Shown: positions 28,851 to 39,285 of the stretch, piece by piece | How positions within the stretch are numbered: position 1 is the stretch's first letter | How the letters are laid out: the number at the start of each line of letters is the position of its first letter | Source: an uncultured Gammaproteobacteria bacterium | GTDB lineage: Bacteria; Patescibacteriota; Patescibacteriia; Patescibacteriales; UBA12465 | DNA: 64,000 nt | Assembly: GCA_964588435.1 (NCBI GenBank) | Contig: CAZPPI010000004.1 | Location: 12 to 64,011, forward strand | Direction: 5' to 3' | Translations under genes and position numbers: made by a program | Notes under the pieces: model-generated | What the model saw: only the letters and a program-made list of their open reading frames with translations | Database searches by the model: none | What the model was told of the DNA's origin: nothing

Positions 28851-30195
28851 AGCTTACGATATTAGAGGCGTCTACGGAAAAGACTTTGATAATGAGCTCG
28901 CTTATCTTTTAGGTAAGGCTTATGTCACTTTAAGAAAAAATGACGAAGATGGAAAAAATATTCTTAAACTAAAAATTGGTATCGCTTATGACATGCGTCT
29001 TTCTTCGCCAGCTTTAAAAGAAGCTTTAATTCGTGGCCTAACTGAAGCCGGAGCTGACGTGGTTGATTTAGGTCTGATTGCAACTCCAACTTTTTATTTT
29101 GCTATTGGCCATTATAATTATGATGGCGGAATTATGATTTCCGCTTCTCACAACTCTAAAGAATGGAATGGCTTTAAATTGGTTCGCGCCAAGGGTCTTC
29201 CTATTAGCGGTGAAAGTGGCATCGAATTTCTTAAAGAACAGGTCTTGACTAATCATTTTCTACCAGTCCCCGAAAAAGGCTTGGTTTCAAAAAATGAAAA
29301 TGCTCAAATTGAAGCACTTAACTATGCTTTGAGTTTTATAAAAAATAAAAAAATAAAACCATTTAAGGTTGTAGTAGATACCGCTAATGGAATGGGCGGA
29401 ACTTATCTAGAAAGTTTATTTCGTGAATTAAATATTGATATAATTCCTTTAAACTTTCAGCTCAACGGTAATTTTCCCGCTCACGAAGCCGATCCTTTAA
29501 AAGAAGAAAACTTAGAAGAATTAAAAAATGAAGTAAAAAATACTAATGCTGACTTGGGCATAACGACCGATGGCGATGGCGATAGAATTTTCTTTATTGA
29601 TAATGAGGGGGAAACTATTGACCCAGCAATTGTTCGTGGATTAATGGCAAAATTATTTTTAGAAGATAAACCAGGGGCCAAAATTGGTTATGATGTTCGT
29701 CCTGGAAAAATCACCGTTGATTTAATTAAAGAAAGCGGTGGTCTACCTATTGTAACTCGGGTTGGTCACTCTTTAATTAAAGAACAAATGATAAAAGAAA
29801 ATATTTATTTTGCAGGTGAATCTTCTGGACATTTTTATTTTAACGGTCCGGCTGGCTGCTTTGAATATCCGGAAGTTATGATTATAAAATTATTAATCTT
29901 ATTGTCGGATTCAAATAAAACAGCCTCAGAAGTTATTGCTCCTTATAAAAAATATTTTCATTCGGGAGAAATAAATAAAAGCGTTTCTGACAAAGAAGCG
30001 GTTTTCAAGCGTCTCCAAGAAAAATATCAAGATGGCGAAATTAATTTACTTGATGGAGTTTCGGTTACTTATGAAAGTTTTTGGTTTAACGTTCGCGGTT
30101 CTAATACCGAAGCAAAAATTCGCCTTAATTTAGAAGCGATTAATGAAGATGTGATGAAGAAGAAAAGAGACGAAATTTTGGCTTTAATTTATTAA
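28822..30195 (+). CDS. phosphomannomutase/phosphoglucomutase
   Basis: IFKAYDIRG, active-site SASHNSKEWNGFK, metal loop TDGDGDR, and GESSGH. Confidence 0.92.
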   Translation: MLEINPTIFKAYDIRGVYGKDFDNELAYLLGKAYVTLRKNDEDGKNILKLKIGIAYDMRLSSPALKEALIRGLTEAGADVVDLGLIATPTFYFAIGHYNYDGGIMISASHNSKEWNGFKLVRAKGLPISGESGIEFLKEQVLTNHFLPVPEKGLVSKNENAQIEALNYALSFIKNKKIKPFKVVVDTANGMGGTYLESLFRELNIDIIPLNFQLNGNFPAHEADPLKEENLEELKNEVKNTNADLGITTDGDGDRIFFIDNEGETIDPAIVRGLMAKLFLEDKPGAKIGYDVRPGKITVDLIKESGGLPIVTRVGHSLIKEQMIKENIYFAGESSGHFYFNGPAGCFEYPEVMIIKLLILLSDSNKTASEVIAPYKKYFHSGEINKSVSDKEAVFKRLQEKYQDGEINLLDGVSVTYESFWFNVRGSNTEAKIRLNLEAINEDVMKKKRDEILALIY

Positions 30196-30206
30196 GTTTT
30201 ATTTAA

Positions 30207-31862
30207 TTAAAGCCGATAAGCTCTTTTAATATATTCTTCTAAAACTCTTTGGGTGTTAAATTTAGCTGCATTCAAGCTTATTGCCTGGCGACAAATTTTA
30301 AAATATTCTTCTTCTTTTTTATAATACAAAGGAATTATTTTTTCTGATAAAACTTCAAGTAAATTATTTTCTACCCCATCATCTTTAATTATCCAACCAG
30401 TTTTTTTAGGATATGCCTCTGGCCACCAACCGTCTAGAGTGCTTAATTGAGGAATTCCGTTATGAGCGGCTTTCATTCCGCTAGTTGCTGAGGCCTCATT
30501 TGGCGCCACTGGATTATTGAGCCAAAGATCGGAGCCAGCAACTAAAATTTTTGCTATTTCAATATCATAGTTTTCTAAAAAAGCGATTTTAATTTCTTTA
30601 GCGACTTTTTTAATTCTCTTATTCACCTCTGAAATTAAAGTTTGACCAACGACATCGTTAGGATGAGCTTTACCGCTATATATAATCTGAATTTTTCCGA
30701 TCTTCTTATTAATTTTTTTAAGCACTTCTAAGTCGTCTAACAAAAGACTAGGTCTTTTATAGGGAGCAAAGCGCCTGGCAAAAGTTATAGTAAAAACATC
30801 TTCCTTAAACTTTAATTTTGTTTTTTCTTCAACTAATTTTATCAATCTAAGCTTAGCTTTTTGATGAGCGCTTTTAATTTCTGTTAGAGAAATTTTTTCT
30901 GCTTGCTTTAAAAGCTCATTCTTTTCTTCCCAATTAGGAATATATCTATCAAAAAGCTCCTTAAATTCTGGTGCCGTCCATAAAGATGAATTGATGCCAT
31001 TAGTAATTGAGTTTATTTTATAGATCGGGAACATCTTTCTTGAAACCGCCCGATGTTTTAAAGAAACGCCATTAATATAAGAGCTAAAAAACATCGCTAA
31101 GTTAGTAAAATTGACTCTATCATCCTTAACTAAACCTTTTACTTTAATCGGAAAATCTGGTTGATACTTTAATAAAAACTCACCGAAATAAATATCATGC
31201 CCAGCAACAACAGGGGTGTGAGTAGTAAAAACTAATTTTTTTCTAACTTCTTTTACTTTGTCACTTACACTCTTCTTTTTAGAATTTAAAAATAATTCTA
31301 TCGCTGCTAAAGCACCATGCCCCTCGTTTAAATGAATCTTTTTAATGTCAGTCTCTTTTAATTTTTCTAATAATTTAATTCCACCACGTCCTAAAATGAT
31401 TGATTGTTTTAATTTTTTCCTTAAATCACTGTCATAAAGATTTTCACAAAGTCGACGATGCTTTTCTCTATTTTCCGACCAATCACTATCTAAAAGATAA
31501 ACAGGAATTTCTAAACCACCTCCGCTTTTTAAAATATATTTCCAAGCACGAAGAACAACTTTGTCCTGACTAATGTTTAAATGTATTTTAAAAGGTAAAA
31601 GTTTTAATTTGAAAAAATTTGTTTTATCAACTTGCACTTCTTGTTTTCCTTTTTTTGTAATTATCTGTTTAAAATAACCATGTTTATACAAAAGACTAAC
31701 AGCCAACATCGGAAACTTTTTTTCACTAGCGGTGCGTAAAATATCACCAGCTAAAACTCCCAAACCGCCGGCAAAATTTTTAATATCATTTTCTAAAGCA
31801 ATCTCCATGCTAAAATAAGCAACCTTAGCTTTTACTTTTGTTTTTATTTTTTTATTTATCAT
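30207..31862 (-). CDS. glgP: alpha-glucan phosphorylase (short GT35 type)
   Basis: N-terminal AYFSMEIAL...FAGGLGVLAGD, and a C-terminal GKAHP...ASATSGMKA region (PLP lysine context). Confidence 0.85.
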   Translation of the reverse strand: MINKKIKTKVKAKVAYFSMEIALENDIKNFAGGLGVLAGDILRTASEKKFPMLAVSLLYKHGYFKQIITKKGKQEVQVDKTNFFKLKLLPFKIHLNISQDKVVLRAWKYILKSGGGLEIPVYLLDSDWSENREKHRRLCENLYDSDLRKKLKQSIILGRGGIKLLEKLKETDIKKIHLNEGHGALAAIELFLNSKKKSVSDKVKEVRKKLVFTTHTPVVAGHDIYFGEFLLKYQPDFPIKVKGLVKDDRVNFTNLAMFFSSYINGVSLKHRAVSRKMFPIYKINSITNGINSSLWTAPEFKELFDRYIPNWEEKNELLKQAEKISLTEIKSAHQKAKLRLIKLVEEKTKLKFKEDVFTITFARRFAPYKRPSLLLDDLEVLKKINKKIGKIQIIYSGKAHPNDVVGQTLISEVNKRIKKVAKEIKIAFLENYDIEIAKILVAGSDLWLNNPVAPNEASATSGMKAAHNGIPQLSTLDGWWPEAYPKKTGWIIKDDGVENNLLEVLSEKIIPLYYKKEEEYFKICRQAISLNAAKFNTQRVLEEYIKRAYRL

Positions 31863-31934
31863 GTTAAAATATTTATTTTTTACAAAAGTATTATAACATA
31901 AAATTTTTAAGCTTGCTTAAAAAGTTTTTTAATA

Positions 31935-31961
31935 TAAAAAAAGGATTAATTACTTAATCCT
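31935..31961 (-). terminator. terminator after the 53-codon ORF
   Basis: AGGATTAA-TTAC-TTAATCCT perfect 8-bp stem, followed on the minus strand by U7. Confidence 0.6.
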
Positions 31962-32016
31962 TAAAAATTTAGAATTTATTAACTTAATAAGAATTGCGTT
32001 TTTCCCTCTTATTTAA

Positions 32017-32178
32017 TTATTTTCGATAAGTATAAATAAATATTACTTCTTGACTTTTGTTTCGCCATAATATTCTATTATTCTCTTTCGACCATATTTC
32101 GCAATCAGCAAAAAAACTTACATAACTCCAACCAAGCTCCTCTAAATCTTTTTTTGATAAAAACAATCCCCTTTCCAT
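32017..32178 (-). CDS. unannotated small ORF (53 aa): MERGLFLSKKDLEELGWSYVSFFADCEIWSKENNRILWRNKSQEVIFIYTYRK
   Basis: Hand-translated and not in the supplied track. It is bracketed by its own TTGACA-N17-TAATTT promoter (32199..32227) and a strong terminator (31935..31961). Confidence 0.4.
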   Translation of the reverse strand: MERGLFLSKKDLEELGWSYVSFFADCEIWSKENNRILWRNKSQEVIFIYTYRK

Positions 32179-32198
32179 TCTTTTATTATTTTAATTAA

Positions 32199-32227
32199 AA
32201 ATTAAACTAAACTACATTTTTTGTCAA
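32199..32227 (-). promoter_or_regulatory. promoter of the small-ORF unit
   Basis: Minus strand TTGACA (32227..32222), N17, TAATTT (32204..32199). Confidence 0.5.
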
Positions 32228-32304
32228 CCAATTTGTCTTCCCGTTAGAGGTCTAGCTAGTCTAAAACAAAAATAACCCTAATATGCAAAAAGGAGTTATT
32301 TTTT

Positions 32305-32379
32305 TGGGGTGCCTAGAGGGAATTGAACCCTCGATAACAGGACCACAACCTGCTGTGTTACCACTACACCATAGGCACC
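32305..32379 (-). tRNA. tRNA-His (anticodon GUG) with encoded G-1 and CCA
   Basis: G-1 plus acceptor GTGCCTA/TAGGCAC, C73, anticodon arm GCAGG-TTGTGGT-CCTGT, T arm GAGGG-TTCAATT-CCCTC, and 3' CCA in the DNA. Confidence 0.9.
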
Positions 32380-32393
32380 ATATTATTTAAAAG

Positions 32394-32465
32394 TACGCCC
32401 GGGGGGAATCGAACCCTCATAACCAGCTTAGAAGGCTGGTGTTCTATCCATTGAACTACGGGCGC
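32394..32465 (-). tRNA. tRNA-Arg (anticodon UCU)
   Basis: Acceptor GCGCCCG/CGGGCGT (G1-U72), D arm GTTC-AATGGATA-GAAC, anticodon arm CCAGC-CTTCTAA-GCTGG. One A-C mismatch in the T stem. Confidence 0.85.
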
Positions 32466-32478
32466 AAATATCGCTACT

Positions 32479-32507
32479 ATAATAATAAAATTACTTGAGT
32501 CTGTCAA
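32479..32507 (-). promoter_or_regulatory. promoter of the tRNA-Arg/tRNA-His pair
   Basis: Minus strand TTGACA (32507..32502), N17, TATTAT (32484..32479). The tRNA-Arg 5' end lies about 14 nt downstream. Confidence 0.6.
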
Positions 32508-32513
32508 ATAAAA

Positions 32514-33332
32514 CTATTTCAAATCCTTAAAACCAACCTTTCTCAAAGCTTCATAAATTAAAATGCCAGCTGAAACCGAAACGTTTAAAGAATCAACGCC
32601 TTGTCTCATTGGTATTTTTAATTCCTTGTCGGCGTTCTTTAACCAAAAATCACTAAGTCCTTTTGCTTCTGACCCTAAAATTATGGCTGAGTTGCTTGAA
32701 AAATCAAATTGCTCATAGTTTTTTTTAGCGCTAGTTGTTGCAATAAAAGTTTTTAATTTATTTTTTTTAAAAAATGAATAAGTTTTTTCTTTAGTCGCTC
32801 TAATAATATTTATAAAAAAAACTAAACCCTCGCTCGCTTTAATTACATTCGGGTTAAAAGTATCAAATAAACAATCATTTAAAATGATATTTTTAAGTCC
32901 TGCTGCAGAAGCGGTTCGAATTATTGCCCCTAAATTACCGGGTTTTTCTAAGCCCTCAAGAACAATTATTGGTAAATTGTTTTTATCCAAATTAATATCT
33001 TTTAAATCAAGTTCTCTTGTTTCAAAAACCGCTAAAAATCCATCCGGATTTTCTTTATAAGCAACTTTATAAAAAACTCTTTGAGAAAGCTCTATGATTT
33101 CTGAGTTTTTATTTAAAAAGCCAGATAAAACTTCTTTATTTTTTTCTTTATTTATCTTAATAATTTCCGGACAAAAAAATAAAAACTTTGGTTTATAATT
33201 AGCCTCAAGGGCTAGCTCAATTTCCCTTAAGCCATCAGTTAAAAAAAGCCCATTCTTTTTCCTTGCCCTCGCCTCTTTTAGACTGGTGGTTAATTTTATA
33301 GTTTTATTATCAAGACTATTTATTATTTTCAT
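32514..33332 (-). CDS. SpoU/TrmH-family RNA 2'-O-methyltransferase
   Basis: C-terminal SPOUT knot motifs (LEGLEKPGNLGAIIRTA, ILGSEAKGLS, IPM...DSLNVSVSAGILIYE). Confidence 0.85.
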   Translation of the reverse strand: MKIINSLDNKTIKLTTSLKEARARKKNGLFLTDGLREIELALEANYKPKFLFFCPEIIKINKEKNKEVLSGFLNKNSEIIELSQRVFYKVAYKENPDGFLAVFETRELDLKDINLDKNNLPIIVLEGLEKPGNLGAIIRTASAAGLKNIILNDCLFDTFNPNVIKASEGLVFFINIIRATKEKTYSFFKKNKLKTFIATTSAKKNYEQFDFSSNSAIILGSEAKGLSDFWLKNADKELKIPMRQGVDSLNVSVSAGILIYEALRKVGFKDLK

Positions 33333-33473
33333 ATATTTTTATCTTATTCTCATTATATCTTAATAAAAATCTTAAATAAAGGATAATTATAAATAATTAT
33401 AAATTATAATTAATATCTTCTTAAAAACGCTTTAATATGCTACAATTAAATAAATAAAAACTAATTTCAATAT

Positions 33474-36413
33474 ATGCCAATTAAGCCTTTAAAACAAATA
33501 AACACAAGTTCTCTTGAGACTTGGAGATTAAACAAACAATCCACGCCAAAAAGAGCCTCGGTTAAATCAAATAAAAATTCTTCTCTATCTTCATTTTCTA
33601 ATCCTAAATATAATTGGGGAAAGAAAAAAAATGGGAATAATGATTGGAAAAAACTTTTATTAAAAAAATTGTTTTTTATAGCTTTAATCTTAGCTGGCGC
33701 TGGAACCCTATTTGTTTTAATTTTTATTTTAATTATTTCTAAAGATTTACCAAAACCGGATCAATTAATGGAGCGTCAAGTCGCTCAAAGTACGGTTATT
33801 TATGATAGAACTGGAGAAAATATTTTGTATGAAATTAGTGGTGAAGAAAGAAGAACTTTAATTAATATAAATGAAATTCCTGACCAAGTACAAAAAGCAG
33901 TGATAGCAATAGAAGATAAAAATTTTTATAATCATAAGGGTTTTAGTCTTTTTGCAATAGCGAGAACAATGGTTACTAATGTTATTTATCATAAAAGCGC
34001 TGGAGGCTCAACTTTAACCCAACAATTTGTAAAAAATTCTGTTTTAACTAACGAAAAAACTATAATTAGAAAAGTAAAGGAGTTAATAATTTCTTATCGC
34101 TTAGAAAGAAAATTTTCTAAAGATGAAATTTTGCAAATGTACTTAAATGAGATTCCTTATGGATCGAATGCTTATGGGGTTGAGGCTGCTAGTCAAAAGT
34201 ACTTCTCTAAGAGCATCAGAGACGTCTCCTTAGCTGAAGCGGCCGTTTTAGCCGCCATAGTTCAAGTGCCAACCAGATACTCTCCCTACGGACCAAATAA
34301 AGATATTCTCTTAGAAAGAAAGAATTATGTTTTAAAACTAATGGCAGAACAGGGTTATATTTCCGAAGAAGAAAAAGAATTGGCCCAAGCTGAAGAAATA
34401 ACTTTTAGTGGTCAAGAAACAAATATTAGCGCTCCTCATTTTGTTATGTATATTAAAGATATTTTAACAGCAAAATATGGAGAAAAGATGGTTGAACAGG
34501 GTGGTTTAAAAATTTATACCACTCTTGATTTAGAAAAACAAAAAATAGCTGAAGAGGTAATTAAAGAAAAAACTGAAAAATATCAAGAAAACTACCAAGC
34601 TTCAAATGCTTCCTTGGTTGCAATTGATCCTAAAACTGGACAAATATTGGCAATGGTTGGTTCTCGTAATTATTTTGATGATTCAATTGATGGTCAGGTT
34701 AATATTAGTATTAGAAACCTCCAACCAGGGTCTTCAATTAAACCTTTTATTTATGCCGCTTTATTTGAAAAAGGCTATACCCCTAGTACGCTCTTATATG
34801 ATGTTAAAACTAATTTTTCAAGTGACCCCAATAATCCTTATGAACCAAGAAACTATAATCTAAGTGAATCTGGTCCAGTTAGTATTAAAAAAGCTCTAGC
34901 AGGTTCGCTAAACATTCCCGCAGTTAAAGCTTTATATTTAGCTGGTTTAAATAATGTTATTAGCTTACTTGAAGATTTTGGCTATAGTACTTTTTCTCAA
35001 AGAGAGCGGTTTGGACTCGCCTTTGTTCTGGGTGGAGCAGAAGTAAAACTACTTGAACACACCAATGCTTTTAGTGCTTTTGCAACTGAGGGGGATGTTA
35101 GAGAAATAGCGGGAATATTAAGAGTTGAAAACTCTAGTGGTGAAATAATTGAAGAATATCAAGAAAAAAAGAAAACTGTTTTAAGCCAACAATCAGCCAG
35201 AATGATAAATGATATAATGAGTGATAATTCTGCCCGAGCTTATATTTTTGGTGAAAGAAATTATTTAACCCTTGGTAATAGGCCAGTAGCAGCTAAAACC
35301 GGAACCACAAATGATTTTCATGATGCCTGGACAGTTGGTTATACCCCATCATTAGTTGCGGGCGTTTGGGTAGGAAATAATAATAATGAAAAAATGTCAG
35401 GAAAAGCAGATGGTAGTGTGGTTGCAGCACCAATTTGGAATGAATTTATGAAACGGTCTCTAGAGGGAACAGAGGTTGAAAATTTTAGCAAACCAAATGA
35501 TTATAAAACCGGTGTAGCTGTTTTAGATGGCGAGCTTCAAAATAATACAATTGAAATTGATATAATAACTGGTCTACCCGCTGATAGTTTAACTGATCCT
35601 AGTTTAATTAAAAAAATAACAATTCCAGATCATCATAGTATTTTGCATTATGTTGATAAAGAAAATCCTAGAAATAAATCTGCTAATAATCCCGAATCAG
35701 ATCCTCAATATAAACCCTGGGAAGCGGCTATTGTAAACTGGTTTAAAAAAATAGCAACTAGCACTGATTATGAATTATTAAATTCTTATAGCGAATTTAG
35801 AGATGAAAAAAATAATCCAACAATTAAAATTATTAGACCAAGTGAAAATGAAGAAATAAAAAATGATTTTTTATATCTCGGTTTTGATGTCGAAGCCCCT
35901 TTGGGAATTTCCTTAATTAATTATTATCTTAATAATAATTTAATAATCTCTGAAAAAGTTGCAGCAAAAAATTTCTACGAAAAGGCAATCTCTTTAAATA
36001 AGCTGGTTAATGGTTTTAACACTTTAAAAATTCAGACTTGTGATTCCTATAAAAACTGTAGCGAAGAAAAAATTAACTTTAACTTAAATATAGAAAACAA
36101 TAATATTAATAATATTAAAAATTCAGTTGAGATAATTAGCCCAGGCTCTGGTCTAGCAACCTCTCTTTTTGATTTTCCCCTTAATTTTAATTTAGCGGTC
36201 TCTCAACCAGAAAGGGTTCATCGTTTAATTTTATTAGTAAAAAATGAAAACGGAGAAACTGTTTATATTAATTATCTCGATAATAATATAGATTTTAATA
36301 ATAATTTAACAATAACCTTAGAAACAAAAGGCCAATATGTGGTTAGTCCCGAATTAAGAGATTATAATGGAGATATTATTAAAGGTAATTCTGTTTCAAT
36401 TATTGTAGACTAA
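33474..36413 (+). CDS. class A penicillin-binding protein (glycosyltransferase + transpeptidase) with a long C-terminal extension
   Basis: GT51 motifs EDKNFYNHKGF and GGSTLTQQ. Transpeptidase motifs SSIKP (SxxK) and KTGTT. About 280 extra C-terminal residues. Confidence 0.93.
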   Translation: MPIKPLKQINTSSLETWRLNKQSTPKRASVKSNKNSSLSSFSNPKYNWGKKKNGNNDWKKLLLKKLFFIALILAGAGTLFVLIFILIISKDLPKPDQLMERQVAQSTVIYDRTGENILYEISGEERRTLININEIPDQVQKAVIAIEDKNFYNHKGFSLFAIARTMVTNVIYHKSAGGSTLTQQFVKNSVLTNEKTIIRKVKELIISYRLERKFSKDEILQMYLNEIPYGSNAYGVEAASQKYFSKSIRDVSLAEAAVLAAIVQVPTRYSPYGPNKDILLERKNYVLKLMAEQGYISEEEKELAQAEEITFSGQETNISAPHFVMYIKDILTAKYGEKMVEQGGLKIYTTLDLEKQKIAEEVIKEKTEKYQENYQASNASLVAIDPKTGQILAMVGSRNYFDDSIDGQVNISIRNLQPGSSIKPFIYAALFEKGYTPSTLLYDVKTNFSSDPNNPYEPRNYNLSESGPVSIKKALAGSLNIPAVKALYLAGLNNVISLLEDFGYSTFSQRERFGLAFVLGGAEVKLLEHTNAFSAFATEGDVREIAGILRVENSSGEIIEEYQEKKKTVLSQQSARMINDIMSDNSARAYIFGERNYLTLGNRPVAAKTGTTNDFHDAWTVGYTPSLVAGVWVGNNNNEKMSGKADGSVVAAPIWNEFMKRSLEGTEVENFSKPNDYKTGVAVLDGELQNNTIEIDIITGLPADSLTDPSLIKKITIPDHHSILHYVDKENPRNKSANNPESDPQYKPWEAAIVNWFKKIATSTDYELLNSYSEFRDEKNNPTIKIIRPSENEEIKNDFLYLGFDVEAPLGISLINYYLNNNLIISEKVAAKNFYEKAISLNKLVNGFNTLKIQTCDSYKNCSEEKINFNLNIENNNINNIKNSVEIISPGSGLATSLFDFPLNFNLAVSQPERVHRLILLVKNENGETVYINYLDNNIDFNNNLTITLETKGQYVVSPELRDYNGDIIKGNSVSIIVD

Positions 36414-36418
36414 ACCCC

Positions 36419-37558
36419 CTACTGTCTAATTGGCATAACAATATAAAGATAATCATCAAGTCCGCTCTTTTTAATAATACAGGGAGAGTTATTATTCAGA
36501 ATTAGTATTTCAACTAATTCTGAATCAATATTATTTAAACCATCTAAAATATATTTAAAATTTATAGTTATTTCATTTTCTTCACCATCATTCTTAGATT
36601 CAATTTTTATTTTACTTTCACCACTAGCCCCAGAAAAAGATGAAATTAATATCTGATTTTTTTTAAATTGTAATAAAATATCATTTATCCCGTTTTTTGA
36701 AAACAAAGAAGCTGCTTTAATTGCCCTTAATAGTTCAATTTTATTAACTAGGGCACTTGTTTTTGTTTGGGTTGGAATTATTTGCTTATAATCTGGGTAG
36801 TTTCCATTAATTATTCTTGAAATAAGTGAGGTTGAATTAAAAGTAAATAAAATTTGATTATCAGAAAAAGAAATGTTTATTTTTCCATCATTATCATTAG
36901 ATTCACTAATATTATTTAAAATTCTTAATAACTCCTGAATTGTTTTAGCCGGAACTATTAATTTAAAACTATTTAAATCTTCCTTTAGATTTTTATTAAT
37001 ATTTTGATCTATTTTTAAAATCTTTTCAGCTAATCTATAACTATCTGTTGCCGCTAAATCAAGTGAACTTTTAGAAAAAGAAAATAAAACTCCAGTTAAT
37101 TCTAATCTATTTTCACTAGTTGAAACAGAAAAAATAACACTATTTAGAGCCTTACGAAAACTTTCAATTTCAAAAGAAAAAATATTATTACTTTCAATGG
37201 TTGGTATTAGAGGAAATTCCTTTGATGATTCTCCTTTTATTTTTGTTTTATAATTACCAGATTCTATTATTAATTCATTATCAACTAATTTAAATGAAAC
37301 CTTTTCGCTAGAACTTAATAAATTAATATAATCTGTAATAAGTCTTGAATTAACAGTAAATTCCCCATCACTTTCAACCTTACCTCTAACCTTAGAACTA
37401 ACACCGATTTCTAAGTTAGTACTAATAAATTCTATTTCACCAGAATAAATTTTAATTAATATATTATTTAGAATTGGTAAATTTATATTTTTAGAGCTTG
37501 TATGACTAACTATATTTAATCCCTTTTTTAAATTTTCTTGTAAACTAATAAATTGCAT
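36419..37558 (-). CDS. dnaN: DNA polymerase III beta sliding clamp
   Basis: 379 aa, three-domain clamp length, N-terminal MQFISLQENLKKGLNIV. Located immediately downstream of dnaA. Confidence 0.9.
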   Translation of the reverse strand: MQFISLQENLKKGLNIVSHTSSKNINLPILNNILIKIYSGEIEFISTNLEIGVSSKVRGKVESDGEFTVNSRLITDYINLLSSSEKVSFKLVDNELIIESGNYKTKIKGESSKEFPLIPTIESNNIFSFEIESFRKALNSVIFSVSTSENRLELTGVLFSFSKSSLDLAATDSYRLAEKILKIDQNINKNLKEDLNSFKLIVPAKTIQELLRILNNISESNDNDGKINISFSDNQILFTFNSTSLISRIINGNYPDYKQIIPTQTKTSALVNKIELLRAIKAASLFSKNGINDILLQFKKNQILISSFSGASGESKIKIESKNDGEENEITINFKYILDGLNNIDSELVEILILNNNSPCIIKKSGLDDYLYIVMPIRQ

Positions 37559-37866
37559 ATTTATAAAATTAATTGTTTCTTTATTAATATATTAATTATA
37601 ATATAATTAACTAATAGTAATAATAAGGAGAGGGGATAAGTTAATTATTTGAAATAAATTTTTATTTTATCTTTTGTTTTAGGTTTAATTATTAAAATTT
37701 TTATTGTTAATAAGTTATAGTCTATTCTGTTAACTAAATTTTATGCTTTGGGGATTACTTTTTAAGATTTGATTTTATTAACATTTACTTAATTAATTTC
37801 AACAGGTTTTTAGCAGCTAATTAACAATTTATTAACATAATATTTTTAGCTAATATTAAAATTTAA
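37559..37866. other. AT-rich dnaA-dnaN spacer with a repeated 9-mer (candidate oriC half)
   Basis: 308 bp non-coding. TGTTAATAA 37705..37713, TGTTAACTA 37728..37736, TTATTAACA 37775..37783, TAATTAACA 37818..37826, TTATTAACA 37829..37837. Confidence 0.45.
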
Positions 37867-39285
37867 TTATCCTTGAACAAATAATTGTTTAATTGATTCT
37901 AGTTCTTGTTTTAATTTTTCGTTATTTCCGTCTTGTATTTCTTTACTTATTTTATTATAGGAATGCATGGCGGTTGTGTGGTCTCTGCCACCCAACTCTT
38001 CACCAATGGTTGGATAAGAAGTATTTAATTCCTCTCTAATTAAATAAATTGAAATTTGTCTTGGCTTAACTAATTCTTTTTTTCGACTTTGTCCTACTAA
38101 ATCCTTTAAATTTAAATTATAATATTTAGCAGTTGCTTCAATTATATTTTTTGGAGAAAGTGATTTACTTTGAATATTTGAAATATAATCATTTAAAATT
38201 TCTTTAACACTTTTTAATTCTGGTTTTATTCCACGAAATTGATGAAAAACAATAACTTTATTTAAAGCTCCTTCAAGTTCACGGATATTATTTTGTACAT
38301 GATCGGCTATATAGGCTAATATTTCTCTATCAAGAGGAAAATTTTTTTCAATTGCTTTTTTTTCTAAAATAGCTAATTTTGTTTCAACGTCTGGTTTGCC
38401 AACATCAGCAACCATTCCTGATTCAAAACGAGAAATAAGCCGTTTTTCGATGGCTGGCATTGCTTTTGGTGGTCTGTCAGAGGTTAAAACAATTTGTTTA
38501 TCATTTTGTTGAAGTTCATTAAAAGTGTGAAAAAATTCTTCTTGGGTTCCATCTTTTCCACCCATAAATTGAATATCATCAACTAAAAGCAAATCAACAT
38601 TGCGATATAAATTTTTAAATTCTTTAGCCTTTCCACTTTTAACTGCTTGAATATAGTTATTAGTAAACTTTTCACTAGTACAATATAAGATTTTGTCGGT
38701 TTTTTTTGCAACCGCATTACCAATTGCCTGAAGAAGATGTGTTTTACCTAAACCAACCCCACCATAAATAAAGAGAGGGTTATAGGCCCTTCCTGGATTA
38801 TTAACAACCGCTAAACAAGCGGCATGAGCCAATTCATTTCCCTTACCAACAATAAAATTTTCAAATAAATAACGAGAATTTAAACCAAATTTATTAATAC
38901 TTTTTCCATTTTGATCACACTCCCCATTATCATTATTACCACCGCTATCCTCAATTTTTATTTCGGACAGTTCAATTTGATTTTCTAATTCTTCTCCCAA
39001 ATCTTTAATTATAAAAGAGTCTTCTGTTTTTTGTTTTTTTAATTCAACCTTATAAATAATTTCTTTAATTTCTTGTTTGGTAACGTTCTCTAAAGCTTTA
39101 ATTATATTTTTATGATATTTTTCTTCTAACCATTTTTTAACAAAAGCGCTAGGAACACAAATAATCATGCTATTATTCTCAAATTGAGAAATAAAAGTAT
39201 CTTTAAACCAAGTTACAAAATTAACTCGGGATAAACTTAATTCGATTTCACCTAAAACAGCTTTCCAAACTTGATCATTGGTCAT
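37867..39285 (-). CDS. dnaA: chromosomal replication initiator DnaA
   Basis: AAA+ Walker A GGVGLGKTHLLQAIGN, Walker B LLLVDDIQF, and a C-terminal DNA-binding domain (GGRDHTTAMHSY). Confidence 0.96.
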   Translation of the reverse strand: MTNDQVWKAVLGEIELSLSRVNFVTWFKDTFISQFENNSMIICVPSAFVKKWLEEKYHKNIIKALENVTKQEIKEIIYKVELKKQKTEDSFIIKDLGEELENQIELSEIKIEDSGGNNDNGECDQNGKSINKFGLNSRYLFENFIVGKGNELAHAACLAVVNNPGRAYNPLFIYGGVGLGKTHLLQAIGNAVAKKTDKILYCTSEKFTNNYIQAVKSGKAKEFKNLYRNVDLLLVDDIQFMGGKDGTQEEFFHTFNELQQNDKQIVLTSDRPPKAMPAIEKRLISRFESGMVADVGKPDVETKLAILEKKAIEKNFPLDREILAYIADHVQNNIRELEGALNKVIVFHQFRGIKPELKSVKEILNDYISNIQSKSLSPKNIIEATAKYYNLNLKDLVGQSRKKELVKPRQISIYLIREELNTSYPTIGEELGGRDHTTAMHSYNKISKEIQDGNNEKLKQELESIKQLFVQG

